In this document: one piece after another, positions 48,446 through 59,099 of the stretch | Layout: each line of letters opens with the position of its first letter | Position numbering within the stretch: the stretch's first letter is position 1 | Source of the DNA: Lama glama | Taxonomy: Eukaryota | DNA length: 64,000 nt | Direction: 5' to 3' | NCBI GenBank assembly: GCA_028534125.1 | Contig: CM052816.1 | Coordinates: 14,448,001-14,512,000, forward strand | Notes under the pieces: model-generated | Databases searched by the model: none | Seen by the model: the letters and a program-made list of their open reading frames with translations, nothing else | What the model was told of the DNA's origin: nothing | Made by a program: the position numbers and the translations under genes

Positions 48446-51400
48446 GTTCTCTATTTTTGGAGTTTTGGTTTCTTATTTTCCGGGAACTGAGAGAAGGAGT
48501 GAGAGAGACTGGAAACGGCCCTCTGTCCCTAGGTCCTGCCCCACTTTCCCATCCCTGCTCTTCGCCCCTCCCACCGTCCCAGAGCTGCCCCTCCCCTCAA
48601 CCCTATCTTAATTGACCGTCCTCCCCCTCTCCATGACCATGTCTATATCTGGGGAAACTGCCCTTCTGAGCAACCTTCACATGGAGGTGTCTGGCAGTGA
48701 ACCCTCACCGCATGTTTGTGGGGCCTTCTCCCTGACAATGACACCCTTCACCAAGAGAGAGAGCAGGTGGCGATGCACCCAAGTCCTGCCCTTTCTCCAC
48801 CAGCCTGACCTCTCCCACCTTCCCACACTGAGCGGCTCCCGAAAGACCTCAAACCGGAGTAGCTGGTTGGGGTGGAGGGCAGCCTGGCTGCCTCAGGTGA
48901 AGGTAAAGAATCTCTATAATTACACCAGCCACTTTCCCTCGGGGCCATATCTTCCCAAGTCCCCTTCCCAGCCTCTTCTTCTCAACACCACTCCACACCC
49001 AGCAGTTAGCCCGCTCTGCCCTGTGTCTCCCCACCCTGGTCACCAGCCTGGGCTGCTGGGAGGGAGGGCCCAGGGAGACGGGAGGGGGCTCTCCAGTGCT
49101 TTTGACTGACCTGTTCCGATCTCAGGGTGCTCCCTGCTGACTGGGGCTGAGGGGCCTATCCTGCCCCCTCCCTCCCCTCCCTCCCTTCCCTCGCTCACTC
49201 TGGCCACCCTGAGCTGCTGCTGGCTCTCACGTACTCTCTCTCTCTCCGTCTCTCACTTCTTGCTCTCCTGGGTCTGCCCTGTCTCTGGCTGTGCCTGAGG
49301 AGGAGGCTAAAGTCTGGGTGAGGGGCCTCAAGTCCTGGGGGAGCCTCTGAGGCCAGAGGCAACCTGTCTCCATGGCGACTGAAGAGGCTTGAGACACTCC
49401 CAGGAGGTCCCAGGCGCCAGCCCTCTACTCTGATTCCGTCCACAAACTCCCCAATTCCCCAGGGTACCCCCAAAGTAAAAACTCCTGGGGGCTTTGGAGG
49501 AGTAGGGCAGGAAAAAGTGAAATCTGGTTTCATTTCCTTTCTCCTGGACAAATAAGCACCTCTAGGCTGACCCAGCAGCTCCTGACCAATCCTGCTTTCT
49601 CTTTCGTTCTTCTCCCTACTGCCACTGCCTCTTTCTTTCTTCTGTTCCTTTAGCTCCTTCATCTCTTTTCCTGGGTCTGAGAGAATATCCCTTACTTGGC
49701 TCCAATCCAGCCCATCCATGGAGCCACACTAAACATTCGAACACGACCAAACAACAACACTGTTGTCATCCTCAAAACACATGGGCTGCATCTCTGCTGT
49801 GTGTTCAGCACAGTCCTAGACCCTGAGTTAAAAATGGTGGTATTCCTAGAAGACCCACAATTGACAGGATGAGGCAGTTGAGAATCTCGGTGTTGAGGGA
49901 AAGAGCCACAGAGTAAAGCTTTTCCCAACTTGTTCTACCAGCCACTTCTACTGCTCACTTCCTTTTTCTGAGTCCTCAACAGGTGCGTCGTATCATGCTA
50001 AGCACATTCAGCGCCCATAACCTTTTGTGATGCAGGTCATTGTAATGCTCATATTACAAAAATGAAAACTAGTTAGCGATGGAGTCAAATTTCAAGCACA
50101 AATCATCAGGAAACTGGATTGCCAGAGTGTGTTGTTTTCCATTCTGCTATAAAAAAAGGGGTTCCATGACTAAGTCTTGGTAGGAGAGGACGCATCATCA
50201 CATTAGCCTATAAAAGGCTTGGCAAAGCCTGCAAAGAGGAGGAGCCTGATAAACTTGGGATCACTCTGGGTTTTCCAAATGTGTTTGACCAGGGTGCCCC
50301 CTCCCTTTCTTTGAGATACATAGTATGAGAAAAGCTGCGTAGGACATGGGGGTGAGCTCCTGGGAGGGGAATGTGACACTGAGCCAGCTCTTCAGTGAGG
50401 AGCAGGAGGTGGGCGGGAGGCTGAGCCAAATCCAGACACGGGAGTGAGTGTGACCACCTGAGACGTGAGACTGAAAGAACTGTATGTTGTAGAGGACACC
50501 GATGCCTTGCCAAAAGCTCCTTAAAAGGAAATGGGAGCCCCTGAAAGCTCACGAGTTTTGGATGAACTGAGTTTCAGAAAGTTCACTGGCGTGTATGGTG
50601 GCTTTAAAGTGGGTAGAGGTGAAGGTAGAGGATTGACCCTCTGAGGTCTGGACTGAGACGGCGGCAAGGGAGATGATGGATGGATGGATGGATCAGGCAG
50701 ACCTTCTAGTGAAAAGACCCACACGACTCAAGGGATAATTGGATATGGGGTAGGGATGGGGTGTGAGGGGAGAGCTACCAGGATTTCCAGGGAGACGTCA
50801 ACCTTCTGAGTCTGGGTGATGGGACAGTGATGAGATCATTGCCCATGCAGAAGCTGACTGAAGAAAAAGATTTTGGTTTCAGGTATGTTGAATTTGAACG
50901 GCCCATAGAGACAGCCAATTGGATATATCCAGCAAGTGTCTAGAACTTCTGGACTAGGGTTTGAGACTGATTTTGAATCTAGGCTTTTTAAGATTTGAGT
51001 CATAGAATTATAGGGAGCATTTAGTGTTGAGTATGACTCCACCCTCCATTTTACAGAAAAGAATCATAGGAAAAAGAAACCAAGTGACGCGAACCTAGTA
51101 GGCAGGGCTGTGCCTTGGATTACCAGGTGCAGGTTTGCAGGGAGGAAGGGCTGCTGGCTAATATCTTAAAAGAAAACAGTGTCCTGTGCCTCCCCGACCC
51201 TTCTGGAGCTTGTTCACTCCATCACCGGGTAGACATGCTCCTTTGCATCCTCCCAGCCCCAAATGTCAGGTCAATTTAGGGGATCTTACCTGTCATCACC
51301 CAGACCCTTCAGTGTTTTGGATCACAACATGGATCCCAAGAAGGGTTGCCCATTCCTGAAGACGGAGTGGGAACCAAGATGGGAAGGCAGCTCCGAAACT

Positions 51401-52339
51401 CCCTGTCCTGACAATGTCCCCCTCCCCTGAATGAGAGGAAAGTTGTGTAAGGGTATCAGGAAGGTGGGTCTGCAGACCCGCAGCATCCTCTTCTGGCTGT
51501 CTCGATAACCTCCTGTTGGGAGATTTAGAGTAAAGACAAAGCACCACAAAGTCTTAGAGGATTAGAGGGAGCCTAGAACCTCATCAGCAGGACCTAGGCC
51601 TGGGCTTCTCCCACCCCTGGCCTCCAGGGGCCCTGGGTCTGTGCCCTCCACAACTCCTAATTTCTGGTTGGCAGGAGAAACAGTGGCGGTCCCAGGTGGG
51701 TGTTTGGGTGACTGGTTGGTTGTGCCAAGTGCCAAGCTGAGGTTGCCAGGTTCCTGGGATGATCGTTAACCCATGGCAGGCAGACAGGGCTGCAGGCTGG
51801 GAACAGCCTGTCACTGTCCCATCCCACCACCCCTACCCCTAGTCCACAGTCTAAGCCTCTAAATCCTAGCTCCACAAGCCAGCGGCCAATCCCAGAGGCT
51901 CCTTCCTACTTCCTAGAAGGAGTCTCCATTCGAGGCCAGTCTTCCGAATCCCTGATGGATGCCGGGCTGCTCCCCCTATGCCCAGGTCCTCCTGGGCCCT
52001 ACTCTCCCCAGTTTATACTGTTTCCTGATCTGGAGGACTGGGGAGTTTCCACTGTTCTGCTTCCCCACCCCCAGGGTGCCCTGGTTTGTTACCAGGCTCC
52101 CTCTCCGTCTTGCCCCCCACCGTTTTCCACTCCCAGATCTCTCTGGAGGGGAGAGAAGCAGGGACATGAGGGCTGAGTGGGAGGGGACTCAGCAGGGAGT
52201 CTTGAGGCTGCCTACAGCATTACAGACCAGGGCTGAGGAAGGGAGGATCAAAGAGAGGTTGGCACCTCACCTGGATGGAGGCAATGGGAAGTTACAGAGC
52301 AATGAGACAGGTGAGGAGCTGGAGTTTTCGGTGGGGCGA

Positions 52340-52760
52340 GGGGCGGGGGTTTCTTTGGAAATAGGGAACTGTTCTAGTATCGGTGAGCTGTTTTGGAATT
52401 AGGAGTCTGTCCTGCTTTTAGAAAGGAGCTGCTCTAGAAGTTGGAGGCTTGCTGGGTTTCAGAGGCTGTGCTGGAATTAGGGGAGTTGGCTGGTATTGTG
52501 CTATTTGGTTTTGGCTGTCTGGAATTAAAAGGAGGCTGTGCCAGTACTGCGAAGCTGCTGTAACAAGTGGTTGTAATGGGTTAGGCTTATTGTGGTGGCC
52601 TGGGGGCTATAATAACACTGGGGCCTGTGCTGTGTTGGGACTTTCACTGTGTAGTCTTGGCTGTCCTGGGAGCTGTCCTAGAATTAAGGGGCAGTCTTCT
52701 ATCAAGGTCCTTGCTTTCTGGCTTTCTGGGGGGCTATGCTGTGCTAGGGGGCTGGGCCTC
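52340..52760. repeat. Degenerate ~19-bp tandem array (GGAGGCTGTNCTGGAATTA-like) upstream of the exon 4 acceptor
   Basis: Units 'gagctgttttggaatta', 'gaggctgtgctggaatta', 'ggctgtctggaatta', 'ggagctgtcctagaatta'. Confidence 0.5.
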
Positions 52761-52892
52761 GTCCTGGTCGCCGCTGAGGCCTGGAGGGCTGGCAGCTCTG
52801 AGGGTGGGCCTGGCTGGGGCCGCAGCCTGGGCTGGTGGTGGGTCCCGTGGGGCAGGCCGGCTGGCCAGCAGTGACACTCTTTCTCCCTGCAG

Positions 52893-53112
52893 TTACCTCA
52901 CCGCCGCGTCACCTTCTCCGCCACCAGCCAGGCGCAGGAGCTGCAGGATCCGTCCCAGCACAGTTACTATGACAGTGGCCTGGAAGAGTCTGAGACGCCG
53001 TCCAGCAAGTCATCCTCGGGGCCCCGACTCGGTCCCCTGGCTCTGCCTGAGGATCACTATGAGCGCACCACCCCCGATGGCAGCATAGGAGAGATGGAGC
53101 ACCCCGAGAATG
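52893..53112 (+). CDS. PCDH1: PCDH1 coding exon 4 (LPHRRVTF...SYYDSGLEES...MEHPEN): PP1-binding RRVTF (CM3) and CM1
   Basis: Acceptor ttctccctgcag|TTA, donor ATG|gtgagg, 220 nt; RRVTF at 52902-52916. Confidence 0.96.
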
Positions 53113-53219
53113 GTGAGGGGCGTCCGTGTGGTCGGGGCACCCCGGGAATGAGTAGGAGCCTGAGAATGGTGACGAGACCTTAGAAATGGTCTCTCTTAGT
53201 TGAGCTCTTGTGTGTTCAG

Positions 53220-53410
53220 TCATCACCGTGCTGAGTGCTTTCAGGTATATAGTCATTTAATCTTCACAACCACTCTGATCTGAGACCTTTCTTGTGCCCA
53301 CTTTACAGTGGAGGAAACTGAGGCTCAGAGAGGTTGAGTCAGTTACCCAAAGCCATACATAGTCAGTGAGAGAGTGGGGAGGGATTCAAACCCAGGCTTC
53401 TCTGATTCTG
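53220..53410 (-). mobile_element. MIR SINE
   Basis: 'tttacagtggaggaaactgaggctcagagaggttgagtc...gggattcaaacccagg'. Confidence 0.8.
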
Positions 53411-54065
53411 GAGACTTTGGGTTCAGCCTTTCATTACAATGCTTCCAGGGAACAGGGACCCCGAGAATGGGGACCAGAGGGCTCAGAGAGTGGTGAGGGC
53501 AGCTTGAGGGACCCTTGGGGTAATGAGGCCCTTAATGGGGCCAGAAGGCCTTGAGAAAAAGGAGGGGACTCTAGATGCTATGAGGAGCTCAGAAAAGGGT
53601 ATGATGACCCCCTGTGGGGAGGAGCCAGAGAGGATTTGGCTGAGGAGAGGGAGTGGGGAGGCCTGGTGGGGAGAAAGGCTTATCTGGGAGGGGTTTGGAG
53701 GGTGATGGCAGAAGAGGGGTCTGGGTGGGAGCAGAGGTCAGCGCGGGCACGGACAACAGGGCATGCTGTCAGGATGTGTGTGTGTAGCTCGTGTGCGTGT
53801 GTGAAGTCATCCTTGGTGGGGGACACAATAAGCTTCCCCTTGGGATGGAAAGACTCTCCATCTTGGAGCTGTCCTCAGGTCTCACCCCCTCCCTCAGACC
53901 AAACTCTCCCACTCCCCCAAAAGATGAAAAGTTCCACACCCCACCCATCGGGCACAGGGCCCTTGTCTAGCCTCCCAGGCCCTAGGTCTCAGACTGCCCT
54001 CCGCCCCCACCCCGCCCCTCCATGCGCGATCTCACGCCCGTCTCGTCCTTTTTGTGCCCGCGCAG

Positions 54066-54091
54066 AGCCGGCTGGCCGGAGCAGGCCCTGA
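54066..54091 (+). CDS. PCDH1: Candidate coding part of a 39-nt PCDH1 cassette exon (54066-54104), adding EPAGRSRP*
   Basis: Branch-like CTCAC, pyrimidine tract, cgcag| acceptor and strong CAG|gtatgt donor; phase-1 junction with exon 4. Confidence 0.55.
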
Positions 54092-55246
54092 GTTGAACTG
54101 CCAGGTATGTGGGAGCTGCTCTGGGGTCTGGGGTCTGTGGGACTCGGCCCAGCACCCAGCCCCGCCCACCCAGTGCTCCGTGCCATGTTGGGTCCCCCGC
54201 TGTGCCCTGAGCTGAAGAGCCCAGGAGCTTTGAGGGTTAACACAGAGCTGTCCCCTCTTCACTTCCCACTGGCAGGAGGCCAAGCCAGGTTGGGTGGTGC
54301 CAGGGGAGCCCCCACCTCAGGTGGTGTTGCTCAGTTACATCCCTGAGGGGAGGGGTCACCGCCTGGTACTGTCCCCAAGCGAGGGTGGGACAGGGGCAAC
54401 TGTGACAGGAAGTGCTCAAGGCCCAGCCGTTCCCATAGAGACACCCCCCTCCCCTGCTGCCCAGCAACCATGCCGGCTACTGCTGATGTCAGACGGCCAA
54501 CTCCCATTCCCATGGGTGTTCTGGGCAGGGAGCCGGGGCAAGGCCAGGGGTGGTGGTTGGTGTAGGGGCCGGAGTGAGGCGGGGAGGGGCTGCATGAGCG
54601 CACTTGTGGGTATGTGAGTGTGTGCTTCTACGCGAACCCCTGGCTTTGTAGCCAGGCCTTGCTGGGCTGCGCTAGGATGGGGTCCCAGGACAGCTGGGAG
54701 CATGGTGAGGCTTCAGGGGGCTCAGAAGGAAGTTATGTGCTCACCTTTGTCTGAGGCTGGAGATGCCCAGTGTAGATATGTGTGTCCACATCTCTCTGAG
54801 TGTAAATGTGTATGTGCGTGTGCACACAAGAGAAAGTGATTGCGTCTTTAAATGAGGGTGGGGGTTTCCTCACTCCAACCTGAAGGTAGATGTGCACGTT
54901 TCAGCTTGTCTGGAACTAGATGACGGAGTGTGTAGATGAGTTTGTTTGTGCACCTGTCTGAGGGCAGATGTGATGGGTGTGCGAGAGGAGGTCTGGAAGG
55001 TGGGTGAGGGTGGAAGGAACGTGTCTATTTAAGGATAGATTGTGTGTGAGAGAGAGAGGGAGCATGAGGTGGATGGTGGGAGGCTGTGTGTCTATTTGAG
55101 AGTGTGTGTGCCTGCGGAGCTGGGTGGCAGGAAGGGGCGTGCACCCCTGTTCTGCAGCAGTGTGGAGGCACCGGTGGGAGGCCACGGAGCAGAGTTTTGC
55201 AAGGCTGTCCTGCCTGACGACGGCCCTCCCCCTCTCTCTCTGGCAG

Positions 55247-55641
55247 ACCTGCGCCCTTTGCCCGACGTCGCCATGACAGGCACATGTACCCGGGAGTGCA
55301 GTGAGTTTGGCCACTCCGACACATGCTGGATGCCTGGCCAGTCGTCTCCCAGCCGCCGGACCAAGAGCAGCGCCCTCAAACTCTCCACCTTCGTGCCTTA
55401 CCAGGACCGAGGAGGGCAGGAGCCTGCGGGCGCCGGCAGCCCCAGCCCCCCGGAAGACCGGAACACCAAAACGGCCCCCGTGCGCCTCCTGCCCTCCTAC
55501 AGTGCCTTCTCCCACAGTAGCCATGATTCCTGCAAGGACTCGGCCACCTTGGAGGAAATCCCCCTGACCCAGACCTCGGACTTCCCACCTGCAGCCACAC
55601 CGGCATCTGCCCAGACGGCCAAGCGCGAGATCTACCTGTGA
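55247..55641 (+). CDS. PCDH1: PCDH1 coding exon 5 (DLRPLPDVAMTGTCTRECSEFGHSDTCWMP...REIYL*): CM2, WIRS-like LSTF, C-terminal PDZ-type motif; long isoform 1237 aa
   Basis: Acceptor tctctggcag|AC; exons sum to 3714 nt = 1237 aa plus stop, the recalled length of human isoform 2. Confidence 0.96.
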
Positions 55642-56550
55642 GCTCCCTTCTGGCTGGTGGCCAGCCCTTCCCCAGCCGCCTGCCAGCTCCCAGGTGGGCC
55701 CATTCCAGGGCCCCCGCTCCTGACCCCTCCAGCGTGGAATTCCTGGCCAGGGCCCTGAGTGGGGGGTGAGTACTGGCCTCATGACCACGCTGGCCATTCC
55801 CCCATGCAGGGTCCAGGTCCTCTCCCCTCACTTCATCCCCCAGACCCTAGGAGCCCTTTCTTCCCCTTTATGGGGCTCCTCCCAGCCGATGCCCAAGAGG
55901 GCTCCTCTACAATGACTAGGCTCCCTTCCCTCGACTTCCAGGGAGCACCCCCTCACTTTGGGCAGATGGTGGAGTCAAGGGTGGGCAGCACACTTTTAAC
56001 TCATTGTTTCCCGCATGGCCGACCAGGGCGGGGATAGGATGCCCCCGTTCCAGCCCTGAAGCAGGGCTGAACTGAGGAGACCCTCTCCCTGGGAACTCCC
56101 AGAAGAAGCTCTTTACCGCCAGGGGCTCCCTGAAGGGCTTTTGTTACCAAAGGTGGGGTGGGGATGGGAGTGGGAGTGGAGTGGAGGCCTTGTCTTCCTG
56201 TACTGCTCCTGGGCTGGCCCACCTGCCTGCTACATGCCCACGCCCGGTCCCATCTGGGCCTCCCTTCCCGCTGGTCATGCAGTGTCTGTATATAAGGACC
56301 TTGGAATGATGTCCCCATTTCTGCCTGATTTGCAACTTTTCTTGTTGATGTTGTGTTGTCTTGGGGGACCCCTCTGGGGGGGACCTGCCCTGTGCCCCCT
56401 CCTCCCTGCCGCAGTGCCCCCCACCCCAGGCCTCTACTGTTCCATGTTGTAAATATCCCTGGGGCCGTGGCGGGATGGGGGTGCAGGCCAGGGAAACAAA
56501 TGGTGGGTGGGGGTGGGGATGTGGGTAACATTCGCCTATCAGCAGAGCTG

Positions 56551-56610
56551 GGCTTTTATTTAATTTTTTTTAAGAATACAAATCTCTATTTTTTTGGAAC
56601 TGTTGCGCTG
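56551..56610 (+). promoter_or_regulatory. PCDH1: Possible proximal poly(A) region of the long isoform (AATACA variant at 56575-56580 in a U-rich block)
   Basis: 'ttttatttaattttttttaagAATACAaatctctatttttttggaactgttgcgctgtg'. Confidence 0.4.
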
Positions 56611-59099
56611 TGCCCTGGTGGGGAGTCCCCGCTCAGGCTGGCCCCCCACATCCAGATGAGCATCACAGAGGGGCCCTGAGGCTGTGGGGGGGCAGCTGGA
56701 CAGGGGTGGGATGACTGTGCCTCTGGCCTGGTTGGGTGAGTTGGGAGCAGGAAGGTTTGCTCAGGGGGTGGCTGGTTGCTGCCCCCAAGAAGGGGGACCT
56801 GCACCCTGCCCCCTCCCTGCCCCCCACCCCCCCAGCCCCTGCCATGACTGACCCGTCAGCCTGTAAAACCACCATTGCCTTGATCTCAGGGGGTGGGAAG
56901 GGCTGCCTCAGGGCACCCTGGGCTCCAGGCCCCCTTCTTCCAGTTGGGCTTCCCTTTGCCAGGGTCAGGGGTCCCGTGGGGGAGGGGGTGGGGAGATTGG
57001 GGGCAGAGAAGCCCAGTCAGCCATGATGAGGTGGGATTCTGTTCTTCACCTCAGGGGGCCAGGGTGTGAGGGGCATCCTCAGAGCCCCCATCTCCCACTG
57101 TGGCCATCTCAAAGCCTCAGTCCCTCTTCCTTCCAGAAACCCCCACTGCCTTGGCCCATACCTCTCCAGCTCCCCAGGGGCCCAGGCTGGGAGGCTGGAG
57201 ACTCAGGGTATGACCCTTGCTTGACTTGGTCTAAGCTTGCGGGGGCGGCCCAAGGGTGGGAGGGGTGGGTACAGGCTGCTGGGTCGTCTGGTGCCTTTGG
57301 GAGCTGTGCTGCTGGGATCTTGACTCCTGTAACCCCCAGAGACCCCACCACCACCCTTGAAAGCCGGGGGGCTGAAGAATCACCGTATTCTCTGCTCCTT
57401 GCCCCTAACTTGGCTTGGGGTAACAGTGCTGGGAAGGAGAGCATTGTTAGGCTGGTGGCCCCAGCATACACAGCCCTTCTATGGAGCGCAGGAGGTAGAT
57501 GTGGGCTGGGGTGGCAGCAAACCAGGTCTAGGGATTGGCCAAAGGCTCCTTTCCCTGGGGGAGGCCCAGAAGTGGGCTGGGGCTTGTTAAAGAGATAGCC
57601 CCTTCCCCCTGCACAAACGGGGCAGGTGCAATAGTGGTGGAGTTGGTAGTGTGAGGTGCCCAGCTGGTGGGTAGGTCGGTGGCCTCAAGGGCTGTCCTGG
57701 GTCCTGGAGGTCAGAATTCTGGCAAGAAGATTGTATGAGGCCCATTTGCTTGGTGGAGAGGGTGGTCCAGACAGGTGGCATTCCTGGAGTCAGTGGACTC
57801 CCCTCAGAAGCCCCTGATGGCCTGGGCACCCTGCCCTGGTCTTGGAGAATTCCCAAGCACTGAGTGGAAGGGCAGAGGAGCATTTTGCACAATGGAGAAG
57901 CCAGAAGGAAGGGGGTGGCCCAGGTGGCTGGGAGGGCTGAGAAGCACAGAGGAGGAGCCCTTCCAACAGGCAAAGGCAGAGCCCCTGGCCCCCTGGTTGG
58001 GGTTGGGGCGCTGAGTCTGTCACCACCTGGGCACTCGAGAGGTGAAACCAAAGGTGGGCAGGGGATGGGTGACAGCACTGGGGACCACCCCTCTTGGTCC
58101 TAGGTCTGTGAAGCCCTTCCCCAATGCCTTGTGTCGTGTACAGTTTTATGTACAAATAGGCGACATTTGGCCAGAGGAGACCCCGCTCAAACCCAGCCTG
58201 ACCCAGTCAGTGTCTTCCTAGAGGGGACCTAGTCTGTCCCCACCCCCCTACTTCAGAGCCTGTCTCTTGGTAGGGGGAGGGTATTTGGGGACATATTTTT
58301 CTCCTAGGGTCCCTGAAGCGTGTCTCACATCCCCGGGGGGAGGGTCTCTGGGGCATCCCTCACCTCTGGGGGTTCCCTAGGCCCTATCTCTCCCCTTGGG
58401 AGTCTCTGGGGGGACATGTATTCCCTCTGGGGACCATGGGAGCATGTCTCCCCCCTACCCAGGCTCTCTGGGGAGCCTGTTTTCCTCCCAGGGATCCTGG
58501 GAGTACTTAAGGCATGTCAGTCTTGGGCCATCTCTCTTCCCAGGGAAGGGGGGCTATCTCTGAAGCATGTCTGGGAAGTGATGTTTCTGGTCCTCCCCGC
58601 ACCTCTCTTCCCGGCGCATCTCTGACCTGCAGCACTTGGGATGAGACTAGGCAGCTCTGAGTTGTCTTTTCTTCTAGGGGCTCTGGGATACCTCTCCTTC
58701 CTGAGGGCCCCGGCCCCTGGAGCCATTTCTTCCCTGGGTGGGGGCTGTCTCCTGGTGTTGGGTTGGCTTGTGTTGGCCAAGAGAAAGTCTCTTAGGGGGC
58801 GTCTCCACGCGGGACTTCTCTGGGAGGGGGGACTGTGTCTCGCCCTGGGGTTCCCGGGCGGTGTGTCTGCCCGTGGGGAGGGGGAGACTGTGTCTCCTCG
58901 GGTTATCTTAGTGGGGAGGGGGGCAGTGTCTCTCTCGTGTGTTGGGGAGGGGTGGGGTTGGGGAGGGGGGTTTTGGGCGCGTCGGGTGCCCACACTGGGG
59001 TCGTGTTTCTCTTGGTTCGTGCCACTTCCCACCGCCTCGCTCCTCCCGGGAAGGGCCCCCGTCCCGCCCCCACTCCACCCCTCTCCCTGGCGCTGCGAG

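Noticed and set aside
55042..55246. N-terminal part of the 199-aa ORF preceding exon 5
   Set aside because: Intronic open frame with a non-ATG start; homology to PCDH1 begins exactly at the acceptor at 55247.
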